Of a stretch of DNA of 64,000 nucleotides, positions 1-11,429 are shown in pieces. The notes under the pieces were generated by a model. It was given only the letters and a program-made list of their open reading frames with translations, did no database searches and was not told where the DNA came from. Position 1 is the stretch's first letter. The number at the start of each line of letters is the position of its first letter. The DNA lies in NCBI GenBank assembly GCA_963745835.1, contig CAVUZH010000024.1, positions 224,001 to 288,000 of the forward strand, in the 5' to 3' direction. Source of the stretch: an uncultured delta proteobacterium (GTDB lineage: Bacteria; Desulfobacterota; Binatia; UBA9968). The translations under genes were made by a program, and so were the position numbers.

Positions 1-128
1 CGCAAGCAAAACTTTAGCAACTCAGAGGGGGAGCAAGTTGGAGGGCAAGCTCAAGCGCTAGTTAGCCGCTGGTGCCGAGTTCCGTAACATTGAAACTGCG
101 AGAGCCTCACTGCCCCAGTGAACGACTT

Positions 129-1223
129 CTAACGCCCCATCAGCTTCTTTAGCCGTTCGATTACGTCCGCCGGCTGGGACATCACTTCCTTGACCAGAGT
201 CTCCACCTCTTCGCCGCTGCTCGGGTCGAGATCGAGCTTTTTCTTTTTCGTCTCTTCCACAAATGCCGGATCTTTCGCCGTCTTCAAAAATGCCTCACGC
301 AATATTTTGACATGTTCCGGCCGCATATTGGGGGGAGCAAGATAAGGACGATGAAATTCGCCGGCAGCCATAAGCGCGGTCGCTAAGCGCCGCCCCGACT
401 CCGCTGTTTTGTACTTATCCATGAGCTCATAGATGCTCGGTACCCCGGGCAGTCTTTCGTCCGAGTTTTTGGCGCCGTGCATGAGCACTCGGACAAAGTT
501 ATTTTTACGCCAGGTAAAAAATGGTTCTCGTGAAAAGAAGGCCTCCGAGCTGAGCGAGCGGCACTGGACTTCGCCTTTTTCCACGGCCAGGTCTACTTCG
601 CTGCCGCCTGGATATCCGGCAATGACATTAAACTTGGCGCCAACCGTCTCTTCCAGGAGCTTGGGCACGAAGTAACCCATGTTGCTCGTACCCGTTGTGC
701 CGCATTTGGGCGCCTCTTTGGCATTTCGTATATCTTCGATGCTCTTGTACGGAGCGTCCGTGCGCATATAGAGCACCTGCGGTGACTTTGTAGCATTGCC
801 CAGCCAAGTGAACTTGGAAAAATCGAACTTGACCTCCGCTCGGCCAATCAACTGCTCAAAGTAAAGAGTCGGCAAAGTCGCGCCCATGGTTAAACCGTCC
901 GGCTTGGCCACGCTATAAAGATAATTGGCAGCGATCATGTGACCGGCGCCGGGCATATTCTGCACGATCATATTGGGGTTGCCCGGAATATGCTTCGACA
1001 TATGCTGCGCAAAAGCGCGCGCGTAAAGATCGTAAAGGTCCCCTGCCACGGTGCCGACGATAACCGTGATGGTTTTTCCCTGATAATAGGGTGTCTGACC
1101 GTGAGAAGCCGTGATAGTTCCCATGCCAAGAAGAAATGCAGCAGCGACGGCTACGATAAGCGAGGCTTTTACTTTCTGAAAAATTGTTTTGGGAATACTT
1201 ATCCGGCTCGATTTCGGTAGCAT
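129..1223 (-). CDS. Tripartite tricarboxylate transporter (Bug/TctC-like) substrate-binding protein
   Basis: Hydrophobic signal region, YYQGKTITVIVG, IVQNMPGAG, KPDGLT, GYPGGSEVDLAVEKGE motifs; true start may be downstream. Confidence 0.85.
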   Translation of the reverse strand: MLPKSSRISIPKTIFQKVKASLIVAVAAAFLLGMGTITASHGQTPYYQGKTITVIVGTVAGDLYDLYARAFAQHMSKHIPGNPNMIVQNMPGAGHMIAANYLYSVAKPDGLTMGATLPTLYFEQLIGRAEVKFDFSKFTWLGNATKSPQVLYMRTDAPYKSIEDIRNAKEAPKCGTTGTSNMGYFVPKLLEETVGAKFNVIAGYPGGSEVDLAVEKGEVQCRSLSSEAFFSREPFFTWRKNNFVRVLMHGAKNSDERLPGVPSIYELMDKYKTAESGRRLATALMAAGEFHRPYLAPPNMRPEHVKILREAFLKTAKDPAFVEETKKKKLDLDPSSGEEVETLVKEVMSQPADVIERLKKLMGR

Positions 1224-1241
1224 ATCTGTGTCTCCTTGAAT

Positions 1242-2357
1242 CTACCACGTTTGAGTTCTTCCTCCCTGCACCCACCAGTTCTCACGCGCTTCAATCCGAA
1301 GCTCGTGACCCTTGCCGTGTTGCTTGGCGAGATCGTAGCACTTTTTGGCTAGAGCGATATCGACGATGCCCTGCCCACCTTGGTTCTTATAGAGAATGAT
1401 CTGGTCGTCGTCGCTGCGGCCTTTAGCTTTACCCGTAAGAACATCGCAGATATCAATTACCTTATCCCACGCGATCACCCCATTCTGCACGGGCCAGTAG
1501 ATATCGCCTTGCTGTGAATCGATAGCCTGTTCTTTTGAAAGCGCGACGATAAAACTACAGCGTTTGAGAGTCTGGTCATCAACCTCTCGGCGCGGCGCGG
1601 CAATGTTGCCGCTTTTGACCAGCTCGATGTTGCTGCCGACCACCGAGATAATATATTGCCCCTGCTCGAGCCACGATCCATCGATCACCGGCACATTAGT
1701 ATTAGTCATGCACAAGATAATATCGACGTCGCCCGCGGCGAGCTCTGGATTTTCTACGGCTCGAACGGGCACACCGGTTCTCTGGCTGATTTTTTTTGCA
1801 AAACCTTCCCGGTGCGCGGGCGTCGGACTGTAAACTTTGGCGCTCTCGATTTTCCTCATCTCAGTCAGTCCGACGAAAGTCGAATACGCTTGTTGCCCGG
1901 AGCCGTAAATACCGACACGCCTGGCGTCACGTCTGGCAAACTGATCCAGGCCGGCCAAACTCACCGCCGGCGTGCGCAGATCGGCGGCGCCGCCAACATG
2001 CCGTGGGCGATGCGCCATCACGCCCAGCAGGGATCCCGTATCCGTATCGTAGACCAGCGCGAGTTCGGTTTGATCCGGATTGTAAGGAGGTCGTCTTTGC
2101 ATGTTTCCGACAATCGCTTTTCGATGGAGCGCCACCTGCGCGCCGATTGCGCTATAAGCAGCAGAGCCGCCGGCGTAAATGTTTAGGACGGTATCGAAGC
2201 TCCCTTCGGCAATGTCGCGGTGCAGGTTGAGCCGTTTGCGCGGCGCATTGACTCCGGCGGAAGTATTTAGATCTCGCAGAGCATTTTCGGAAATGGCGAC
2301 AGCTTCTGTAAACGGGATGAATTCATCGACTTCGTCGGAGTGGAAGAAAAGAGCCAC
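1242..2357 (-). CDS. Ornithine cyclodeaminase/mu-crystallin family NAD(P)-binding protein
   Basis: LRTPAVS, GIYGSGQQA Rossmann loop, VYSPTPAHRE, C-terminal GRSDDDQIILYKNQGGQGIVDIA; GTG start at 2357 chosen because it lies just after the upstream stop. Confidence 0.85.
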   Translation of the reverse strand: MALFFHSDEVDEFIPFTEAVAISENALRDLNTSAGVNAPRKRLNLHRDIAEGSFDTVLNIYAGGSAAYSAIGAQVALHRKAIVGNMQRRPPYNPDQTELALVYDTDTGSLLGVMAHRPRHVGGAADLRTPAVSLAGLDQFARRDARRVGIYGSGQQAYSTFVGLTEMRKIESAKVYSPTPAHREGFAKKISQRTGVPVRAVENPELAAGDVDIILCMTNTNVPVIDGSWLEQGQYIISVVGSNIELVKSGNIAAPRREVDDQTLKRCSFIVALSKEQAIDSQQGDIYWPVQNGVIAWDKVIDICDVLTGKAKGRSDDDQIILYKNQGGQGIVDIALAKKCYDLAKQHGKGHELRIEARENWWVQGGRTQTW

Positions 2358-2368
2358 GTTAGCCTCGT

Positions 2369-3370
2369 TTAGTTCAATCTGCCGAAATCGGTCTTCCAAA
2401 GCTTTTCTATTTTGGCCATCTCTTCGTCAGACGACGCCGGCGCGCCGGAGCATGCCACCGCTTCATCGATATGTGCGGTGTTGGAAAAACCAACCAGCAC
2501 TGTCGAGACTTTTGGATTCATCAATCCGAAGCGAATCGCGGTTTGCGTCATTCCTTTGCCATCGAGCGCAAGAGCCGCTTTCAACTTTTCGGCCCGCTGC
2601 ACATCAAGCGAGTATTCCGATCCTTTGGACAGCGGCTCTGGGGTACTGCCACCGCCGGCGCCGGGATTGGACGTGAGCGCGCCGGCCGCTAAAACCCGTA
2701 TGACCGCAACCCCCATGCCTTGAGCGGCGGCGCGATCGATCAATAGTCCATAGTCCAAAGCGCTGAATCCGGGCGGAACTGGATGGCCGGCGCTGGGATT
2801 GAGCAGATTGTAATAGGCTTGACACGAGTGGAACGCACCGCTATCGACAACCTCGTGCAATGCTGCGGGATCTCCCAAACCGGTGAAACCAAAATAACCG
2901 ACCTTTCCTTTATCACGCATGGCCTTGAGACCTTCGAGCACTCCCGAGCGGCCCAGGATTTCACCCGGTGTCATGCCAAAGCGCTGATCTGGTTGCCGGT
3001 CGATGACAACCTTCGTGTGTAGCTGAATCAAATCAACGGACTCTCTCTGCAAACGTCTCAGCCCGGCCTCGACCTCGCGCTGCGTTGCCGCTTTGATATC
3101 AGTCAATGCGTCTGCATCAAGCCGGATTTTCGTCGAGATCACCGCCGGGGTTTTCAGCTGATTGAGAATTCTTCCGAGATTCTCCTCCGATTTTCCCAAT
3201 CCATAGGCAAACGCAGTGTCAAAATAGTTTATCCCCAAATCAAGCGCGTGGCGCACTGCCTGAAGCTGATCTTCATAACTCGCCTTGACCATCAAGACGG
3301 CATTATTGCCGCAGCCGAAACCGATTTCCGAAACCCGGAGTCCGGTTTTGCCGATCGTTCGATATTGCAT
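2369..3370 (-). CDS. Aldo/keto reductase
   Basis: MQYRTIGKTGLRVSEIGFG, INYFDTAFAYG, STK, VDLIQLH. Confidence 0.92.
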   Translation of the reverse strand: MQYRTIGKTGLRVSEIGFGCGNNAVLMVKASYEDQLQAVRHALDLGINYFDTAFAYGLGKSEENLGRILNQLKTPAVISTKIRLDADALTDIKAATQREVEAGLRRLQRESVDLIQLHTKVVIDRQPDQRFGMTPGEILGRSGVLEGLKAMRDKGKVGYFGFTGLGDPAALHEVVDSGAFHSCQAYYNLLNPSAGHPVPPGFSALDYGLLIDRAAAQGMGVAVIRVLAAGALTSNPGAGGGSTPEPLSKGSEYSLDVQRAEKLKAALALDGKGMTQTAIRFGLMNPKVSTVLVGFSNTAHIDEAVACSGAPASSDEEMAKIEKLWKTDFGRLN

Positions 3371-3435
3371 AATGGCACCTCCCTACGATCGCAGGTTCTG
3401 AAACTCCAATTACAGGCCGCTTCATCCGAATTAAA

Positions 3436-3498
3436 GGATGAAAGCGGAAATCTGAAAGCGGAATTCAATTTTCAGCTCTCACAATTCAACTTTTCAAA
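3436..3498. repeat. Degenerate period-7 inverted micro-repeat array
   Basis: ggatgaa agcggaa atctgaa agcggaa followed by ttcaatt ttcagct ctcacaa ttcaact. Confidence 0.5.
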
Positions 3499-3507
3499 GC
3501 CAGCCTG

Positions 3508-4200
3508 CTAAATATTCAAAAGCGTCTCTAAAACCGCGGCCGTGTCCGTCAAATCCGGCAGACATAGTTCCGATTGGCAGTTTAACAATTCTTCTAGCGA
3601 ATACCTGCCGGTTGCCACAAGGATGCATTTCATGCGGTTGCACCGGGCAGCCTCGAGATCCCTGGGGGTATCGCCGATGACAATGCACTCGCTGAGCGGT
3701 ATCGAGACTCCGAAGACCGCTTCGCAGCGGCGCTTGGCGATTGCCGGCAAATCAGCGCGGCGCGGCGAATCACTGCCGTAAGCACCGCGGCAGAGATAGG
3801 AATAAAGACCGGCAGCTTCAAGCTTCACTCGCGCCATCGGCTCGAGATTGCCGCTGACGACACTGCTACCGAATATGCCGCTTGTCGCGACCGTTTGCAG
3901 CAATTCGGCAACTCCGGGTAAGGCGCGCACGGTGGTACTTCCCGAGCTAATGGCCTGTGAATAGCATTGACGCAGGTTGCTTGAGAATTGTTGCCATTTA
4001 TCGTCGATATCCGGGACCAGAATATTATCTTTGCTGAAGATCTCGCTGACAATCATCGGGTCGGTATTGCCGTCGGGAATGACCGAGCGAATATCTCCCG
4101 GAACGCCAAAGGTTTCGAAAATAGCTTGGTTAAACGGCACATGGCCGTTGTGACTGCGAGTCAAGGTTCCGTCGATATCAAACAGCAATAGTCGTTTCAT
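3508..4200 (-). CDS. HAD-superfamily hydrolase (phosphatase)
   Basis: Motif I FDIDGTL, motif II VVSGN, motif IV IGDTPRD. Confidence 0.9.
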   Translation of the reverse strand: MKRLLLFDIDGTLTRSHNGHVPFNQAIFETFGVPGDIRSVIPDGNTDPMIVSEIFSKDNILVPDIDDKWQQFSSNLRQCYSQAISSGSTTVRALPGVAELLQTVATSGIFGSSVVSGNLEPMARVKLEAAGLYSYLCRGAYGSDSPRRADLPAIAKRRCEAVFGVSIPLSECIVIGDTPRDLEAARCNRMKCILVATGRYSLEELLNCQSELCLPDLTDTAAVLETLLNI

Positions 4201-4269
4201 GGAGCATCGGATAGTCGCAAATCAAACCGGTAATGGCAAATCGGCGGAGTCGGCGGGGATCGCAAACCG

Positions 4270-4298
4270 TTGACAAGGTATAAGGTGTGCGATAAACA
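4270..4298 (+). promoter_or_regulatory. Putative sigma70 promoter of the riboswitch-led operon
   Basis: Perfect TTGACA at 4270-4275 just upstream of the aptamer; -10 element is weak. Confidence 0.45.
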
Positions 4299-4309
4299 AA
4301 TTATGTAAG

Positions 4310-4382
4310 TTTTGCGCGACTGGCGTCAACGTGGAATTAACCACGAGGGAGTGCAAAGCATAAGACGGCCGAACGCCTGGGT
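4310..4382 (+). ncRNA. ZMP/ZTP riboswitch (pfl RNA) aptamer
   Basis: P1 TTTGCGC/GTGCAAA, GACTGGCG, P2 GTGG-AATTAA-CCAC, GGGAG, 3' element GCCGAACGCCTGGG; TGGCG/CGCC pseudoknot pairing matches the pfl consensus. Confidence 0.88.
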
Positions 4383-4411
4383 CTCTTACAGATAGAGGTT
4401 CAGGCTTTTTT
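4375..4411 (+). terminator. Intrinsic terminator forming the riboswitch expression platform
   Basis: GCCTGGGTCTCT-tacagat-AGAGGTTCAGGC followed by TTTTTT; 5' arm overlaps the aptamer 3' end. Confidence 0.85.
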
Positions 4412-4557
4412 ATGTCCTGCGAACAAACTAGCTTCACCGCACATCGCTCTGGCTGCCGTCGAAATCTCAGACCGGCTCAGAGCGCGCACGTCTCTTTTTG
4501 CTCGTCCATCTGCCGAAAACTCGCCCGGTTGCTAGAGCTCTGAGAGGATAAAAACCG

Positions 4558-5700
4558 ATGATCAAGCATTATCTACTGTCACCGGGCCCGACGCCGGTTC
4601 CTAACGAGGTCGCTTTAGCGATGTCGGAGACCATGATCCATCATCGGACGCCGCAGTTTAATCACATTTTCGATCAGGCGCGCCAGGGACTCAAAAAGCT
4701 TTTCGGCACCAAGAACGACGTGTTGATCCTTGCCTCTTCCGGCACGGGCGCGATGGAGGCATCGGTTGCCAATTTATTTTCACCCGGCGACAAAGTTCTG
4801 GTCATCAATGGCGGGAAATTCGGCGAACGCTGGCTTAACATCGCCAATGCCTTCGGCTTGAGTCCCATTGAGCTCGAAGTCGAATGGGGCCAGGCGGTAA
4901 AAGTTGATACCGTCGAGAAGCAGATGAAAGCCCATCCCGATCTAAAAGGCGTCATGATCCAGGCCAGCGAAACCTCGACAACGGTGCTCCATCCGGTCAA
5001 GGAGATCGCCAAGCTCACCAAAAACGGTCCGCTATTTCTCGTCGATGGGGTGACGGCGGTAGGTGTCGTTTCGATACCGTTCGACGAATGGGGCCTCGAT
5101 GTGTTGGTGACAGGCTCGCAGAAAGCAATGATGCTGCCGCCCGGTCTTGGTTTCATCGCTCTGAGCGATCGCGCCTGGGAAAGAACTAAGCAAGCAAAAT
5201 TGCCGCGGTTTTATTTCGACCTGAATCTCGAGCGCAAGAATCAACAAAAAGGCTCCGGCGCGTTTACACCGGCCGTGTCGTTGATTTTCGGCGCGCGCGC
5301 GTCGCTCGAGATGATGCAACGCGAAGGTCTCGATCGGGTCTATGCCCGCCATGCGCGCATGTCACGGGCCACCCGAGCGGCCGCCACCGCGTTAGGGTTG
5401 AAGCTGCTTGCTCCCGATAGTCCCAGCCCGGCAGCTACTGGCGTCTATCTGCCCGATGGCATCGATGCCGACCAGGTACTCGACTACTTGCGCGATCACA
5501 TGAACATCACGCTCGCCGAAGGACAAGATCAGTTGAAAGGAAAAGTCATTCGCATCGCCCACGTCGGTTATATGGGAGCGTTCGACGTGATCACCGCGGT
5601 TGCGGCGCTGGAGATGGTCCTGCGCAAATTCGGCGTCGAGCTTCCGTTCGGCAAGGGCGTTGCGGCCGCGCAAGAAGTTCTCATGGAGTCTTTGGTTTAA
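4558..5700 (+). CDS. Class V PLP aminotransferase (alanine/serine-glyoxylate type; probable phosphoserine aminotransferase)
   Basis: LLSPGPTP, SSGTGAME, VDGVT, GSQK PLP lysine, IRIAHVG; directly upstream of serA. Confidence 0.9.
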   Translation: MIKHYLLSPGPTPVPNEVALAMSETMIHHRTPQFNHIFDQARQGLKKLFGTKNDVLILASSGTGAMEASVANLFSPGDKVLVINGGKFGERWLNIANAFGLSPIELEVEWGQAVKVDTVEKQMKAHPDLKGVMIQASETSTTVLHPVKEIAKLTKNGPLFLVDGVTAVGVVSIPFDEWGLDVLVTGSQKAMMLPPGLGFIALSDRAWERTKQAKLPRFYFDLNLERKNQQKGSGAFTPAVSLIFGARASLEMMQREGLDRVYARHARMSRATRAAATALGLKLLAPDSPSPAATGVYLPDGIDADQVLDYLRDHMNITLAEGQDQLKGKVIRIAHVGYMGAFDVITAVAALEMVLRKFGVELPFGKGVAAAQEVLMESLV

Positions 5701-5702
5701 CG

Positions 5703-7286
5703 ATGAAGATCTTAGTGAGCGATTCTCTCGCGCCTGAATGCCTGGAAGTATTTAAGCGCGCTCGAGGCTTTGAAGTGGATGTGCGGATCGGCCTCGATGC
5801 AAATGAGCTAAAGAAGATTTGCGCTGATTACGATGGTTGGGTGATTCGCAGTGGAACGAAGATCACCGCCGAATTGATCGAGGCGGCGAAAAACCTGAAA
5901 GTGATCGGACGCGCCGGCGTCGGTTTTGAAAACGTCGACGTCGATGCGGCAACCCAACGAGGGATCGTCGTCATGAACACCCCGGGAGGCAACAACGTCA
6001 CCACCGGAGAACATACGATCTCGCTGATGATGGCTCTGGCGCGCCACATCCCGCAGGCGGTCGCTTCTCTCAAAAACGGCAAATGGGAACGCAACAAGTT
6101 TATCGGCGTCGAGCTATGCAACAAAACCATCGGCGTGATTGGCCTCGGCAATGTCGGCCGGATCGTCGCCGAACGGGCCACCGGCCTGCGAATGAAAGTC
6201 CTCGGTTACGATCCGTTCGTTTCAGCAGAGAATATCGCGCGCATGGAGGTGGAGCCGGCGACACTGGACGAAATTTTCTCCAAGGCCGACTTTATCACCG
6301 TTCACGTTCCGCTCACGCCTGAAACCCAGGGGCTGATCAGTCGCGAAGCTTTCGCCAAAATGAAAACCGGCGTGCGCATCATTAACTGCGCGCGCGGCGG
6401 CATCGTCGATGAAAAGGATCTAGCCGACGCCATCAGAGACGGTAAGGTGGCCGGAGCCGCTCTGGATGTTTATGTTGATGAACCGCCGCCGCCCGAGCAC
6501 CCACTGCTCAAAATGGACCAGGTCATCACCACGCCTCATCTCGGCGCATCGACCGATGAAGCCCAGCTGAACGTGGCCATCGCGGTGGCCGAACAGATGG
6601 TCGATTTTCTTACCGAGGGGCTGGTTCGCTACGCCGTTAATGTCCCTTCGGTCAGCCCGGAACTTTTCAAAATTCTTCGTCCGTATCTTATCCTTGCGGA
6701 AAAGCTTGGCAGCCTGCAGGTCCAAATGGCCGATGTCTTGCCCCAGGCAGTTCACGTCGAATATCGTGGTGAAGTAACCCAATACAACATCGCTCCGCTC
6801 ACATTGGCGGTGCTCAAAGGCATGCTCACTCCGGTCATGGAGGCCAGCGTCAATTACGTCAATGCGCCGGTACTGGCCAAAGAACGCGGCATTCAAGTGG
6901 TTGAATCCAAGAGCAGCAAGGCCGGCGATTTTTCGAGTTCCATCACAGTCAAGATCGCTACCGGCGACCGTGAAGTCGAAGTCGAGGGAGCCATTTTCGG
7001 CGACAAACACCCGCGCATCGTCCGTGTCGATAATTTCTATCTGGAAGCGGCCCCCGAAGGATATATTCTTATTTTGCGTAACAAGGACGTGCCGGGCGTG
7101 GTCGGTAACGTCGGCACGATACTGGGTAAAAACGGCATCAACATCGCCGGCATGGAACTCGGACGCGGCGCAAAAGGCGGCAATGCCATTTCGTTCATTC
7201 ACGTCGATGATCTGATTCCCAAAGAGACTATGAAAGAGCTGCGCAATCTGCCGCAAACGGTTTCAGCCGAACTAGTCAAACTATAA
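5703..7286 (+). CDS. serA: D-3-phosphoglycerate dehydrogenase (with ASB and ACT domains)
   Basis: GRAGVG, GLGNVG, INCARGG, TPHLGAST, C-terminal ACT NKDVPGVVG; 527 aa. Confidence 0.96.
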   Translation: MKILVSDSLAPECLEVFKRARGFEVDVRIGLDANELKKICADYDGWVIRSGTKITAELIEAAKNLKVIGRAGVGFENVDVDAATQRGIVVMNTPGGNNVTTGEHTISLMMALARHIPQAVASLKNGKWERNKFIGVELCNKTIGVIGLGNVGRIVAERATGLRMKVLGYDPFVSAENIARMEVEPATLDEIFSKADFITVHVPLTPETQGLISREAFAKMKTGVRIINCARGGIVDEKDLADAIRDGKVAGAALDVYVDEPPPPEHPLLKMDQVITTPHLGASTDEAQLNVAIAVAEQMVDFLTEGLVRYAVNVPSVSPELFKILRPYLILAEKLGSLQVQMADVLPQAVHVEYRGEVTQYNIAPLTLAVLKGMLTPVMEASVNYVNAPVLAKERGIQVVESKSSKAGDFSSSITVKIATGDREVEVEGAIFGDKHPRIVRVDNFYLEAAPEGYILILRNKDVPGVVGNVGTILGKNGINIAGMELGRGAKGGNAISFIHVDDLIPKETMKELRNLPQTVSAELVKL

Positions 7287-7303
7287 ACCGAGCGCCTTAT
7301 TAA

Positions 7304-8599
<1,296 letters not shown>

Positions 8600-8645
8600 A
8601 TCCCCCGTCGGGGCCGACCAACCGGTTGCGCTTGCGCGACCACTA

Positions 8646-8990
8646 TTATCGCAATTCAAAGATGTCCAAGTACTGCTTTACCGTTGCTTCGAAGTCCCGG
8701 CCCACTACCACGTCCCAGTCATGTCTGCTCGCCGGGCGACTCGGCAAATAATTTTATTCAACAGCGGTCCGCCGCCCGTTCGAAACAACGTGACTTTCAG
8801 GAACGGGTATTTCTTTTCGAAATGATCGACAGTCACTCTGCTCTGGTCCAAAGTCATCGTCGCGTAATAGACCAGTTGCCCTTCCTTCTTGGCCCCTCGA
8901 TAATTTTTGAAGCGGGATTGCCTTGCGATCATGACACGGCTGGGATTACCAACAATCCTAAGAGCACAGAGCGACGATCCGGCGCCAGTA
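8646..8990 (-). pseudogene. Internally deleted remnant of an Fe3+-type solute-binding protein
   Basis: GAKKEGQLVYYATM...FEKKYPFLKV matches N-termini of paralogs at 45514, 48595, 62038; another frame continues HDWDVVVGRDFEATVKQYLDIFELR* after only ~100 codons. Confidence 0.65.
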
Positions 8991-9112
8991 GCTAACCGGC
9001 ATACCGATTCCTCCTTACGATAGAAACTTTCATGAGGATTGGAAGCTTGAATACCTACTGGCCCCATGTTTATCATGGGCCGATGGTCGAAGCAGAACCC
9101 CGAGGAGGACAG

Positions 9113-9418
9113 ATGAACGGCGAAACTTCAAGAGAAAAACTCATCAACGATCTCAAGACTCTGGTCGGTGACGCGGAAGAACTTTTAAGAGCCACCACCA
9201 GTCAAGCCGGAGAGAAAGTTGCCGCGGCGCGACAGAAAATCGAGCAGAGCCTGATCGAAGGTAAGAAGGCGCTGGCCGACGCCGAACAAGCTCTGGTTGA
9301 AACTTCCAAAGAATACGCCGACATTGCTGACGACTATATCCGGGAAAATCCATGGAACGCAGTGGCTATTGCCGCCGCTGTAGGTCTCCTCGTCGGCCTG
9401 ACGATCCGCCGCAGCTAG
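9113..9418 (+). CDS. ElaB/YqjD/DUF883 family protein
   Basis: DLKTLVGDAEELL, DDYIRENPW followed by C-terminal TM helix; RBS GAGGAGG. Confidence 0.9.
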   Translation: MNGETSREKLINDLKTLVGDAEELLRATTSQAGEKVAAARQKIEQSLIEGKKALADAEQALVETSKEYADIADDYIRENPWNAVAIAAAVGLLVGLTIRRS

Positions 9419-9563
9419 AGCGATCTTCGATGGCTTTTAGAGGAAGATTTCTGGGGCACTTTCGATAGTCTTCGGCACCCATTGAAATAGGCAAGACCGG
9501 ACTTTTACCAAATTCGGTGACCCATATGCGGCATCGCCAATTTAAGTGTTGCATGTGAGGAAT

Positions 9564-11243
9564 TCATTCGGATCGTGCCCTTTCCTCTTTTCGAGGATCG
9601 GCCGCTCCTTTGACCCCGTCTTGTCCGTTGGTAATCGCCTGCACCACGCCAAGCACGCCTCGCTCGCGCAGTGCATGCCCGCGCCGCTCGAGTGATCTCT
9701 TGGTTTCGACGGAAATATCGTTTTCAACGTTTAACTGATCCGGCAGCCATTGATGATGCACGCGAGGGGCTTCCACTGCCTTGGCCACCGGCATTCGATA
9801 GTCCAGCACATTGAGAATCGTCTGGAGCGTGGCGCTGATAATGCGCGGACCGCCCGCGCCGCCCACCACAACTTCCGGCCGTTCGCCTTGCAGGATGATG
9901 GTCGGCGACATGCTGCTCAGCGGCCTCTTCCTGGGTTGCAAGGAATTAGACTCATTGCCGACCAGACCGTAAACATTGCCAGTGGAATGTATCGCGAAAT
10001 CATCCATTTCATTGTTCAGGACGATACCGGTGTTAGGCACGAGGAGTTTGGAACCAAAGCGGGTGTTGACCGAAACGGTGCAGGCCACGGCATTGCCGAA
10101 ACGATCGATCACGCTGAAATGCGTGGTTCCACCCAGCTCCGGTTTGAAATTAACCAGGCCATAATATCTCGTGGGATGAGTTTTCGCCGCGGAGATGCGG
10201 CCGCGGATCCACCTGCCGTAGTCTTTGGAAGTAAGTATTGAAACCGGCGTTTTGACAAAATCCGGATCGCCGAGATATTGCGCGCGATCGGCGAAGGCAT
10301 GCTTCATCGCTTCAGTAATCAGGTGCAGATACGTTGCCGAGTTATGCGTCAATGAGCTCAGCTGATACCCTTCAAGCACTTTTAGCATTTGCAAAATCGC
10401 CACGCCTCCAGAACTGGGCGGCGGCATGCTGATGACTGTTCGCTGGCGATAGTTGCCGATGAGAGGTTCTCGCCACACGGGTCGATAATTTTTCAGATCC
10501 TCGCTGTTTAAAACCCCGCCTTCTCTTTTGATAGTTTCGACAATCGCGTCGGCAATCCAACCTTGATAGAAAGCGTTGGCCCCTTGAGACGCAATCGCCT
10601 TCAAGGTCTCACCGAGTTCCGGCTGGCGAATCAATTCGCCTTCTGCCGGCACCTCATCATTCGGCATGTAGATTCGCCCGAGATCGGGGAACTTCTTTAT
10701 CGAGCCCTGCTGCCGATCGATGGCATAACGCAAGGTCGCGTCTAGCGGAAACCCGTTGGACGCGAGCCTGATGGCCGGCGCCATCAGCACCTGCATCGGC
10801 ATGCTGCCGAATCGCCTGTGCGCCTGCGCCAAACCCGCAACCTCACCCGGCACCGCCACCGCCAACGCGCCGGTAAGACTGAGCGACGGCACCGGCCTGC
10901 CGTCCTTAACATAGAGTTCCTTGCGCACGCCTTCGGGCGCAGTTTCGCGAAAATCCAACGCATGCGCGCGCCGGTCCTTTGTTTCGTAGATGACCATAAA
11001 GCCGCCGCCGCCGATTCCCGAGGAAGCTTGATCCACCACCGCCAATGCGTATGCGGTGGCGATGGCGGCATCAATAGCATTGCCGCCGCGGCCGAGCATT
11101 TCCATTCCCGCTTTGGTCGCCAATGGGCTATCCGACACGACCAAGCCGCTAGCACGTTGCGCAAGCGCTAACGACGGGGCAAGAAACGTGTTAAATAGGA
11201 GGATGAAAAAGCAAACGAAACGTAGGTCAAGCAGGCAGCGCAT
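9564..11243 (-). CDS. ggt: Gamma-glutamyltransferase
   Basis: GGNAIDAA, GIGGGGF, DFRETAP, TTHFS autocleavage site, NNEMDDF, RPLSSMSP; signal peptide. Confidence 0.95.
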   Translation of the reverse strand: MRCLLDLRFVCFFILLFNTFLAPSLALAQRASGLVVSDSPLATKAGMEMLGRGGNAIDAAIATAYALAVVDQASSGIGGGGFMVIYETKDRRAHALDFRETAPEGVRKELYVKDGRPVPSLSLTGALAVAVPGEVAGLAQAHRRFGSMPMQVLMAPAIRLASNGFPLDATLRYAIDRQQGSIKKFPDLGRIYMPNDEVPAEGELIRQPELGETLKAIASQGANAFYQGWIADAIVETIKREGGVLNSEDLKNYRPVWREPLIGNYRQRTVISMPPPSSGGVAILQMLKVLEGYQLSSLTHNSATYLHLITEAMKHAFADRAQYLGDPDFVKTPVSILTSKDYGRWIRGRISAAKTHPTRYYGLVNFKPELGGTTHFSVIDRFGNAVACTVSVNTRFGSKLLVPNTGIVLNNEMDDFAIHSTGNVYGLVGNESNSLQPRKRPLSSMSPTIILQGERPEVVVGGAGGPRIISATLQTILNVLDYRMPVAKAVEAPRVHHQWLPDQLNVENDISVETKRSLERRGHALRERGVLGVVQAITNGQDGVKGAADPRKEERARSE

Positions 11244-11429
11244 AAACTCATCATCTTTAGTTCTTTGCCTTCAGTTTTGCAACTTATTTAGCTGCAGAAG
11301 AGAACGTCGATAGACATCGCCCTGGCAAGCTTCGGCGAATCACTGACAGTAGGCTGCGTCAGTTTATGCTTGCCATAGCGTAGCCCTTATTCCATATTAG
11401 CTCTGACCTCTCGAACAAATTCAAAGATC

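Noticed and set aside
30-70. attC-like end GCTCAAGCGCTAGTTAGCCGC
   Set aside because: At the window edge with no visible left half
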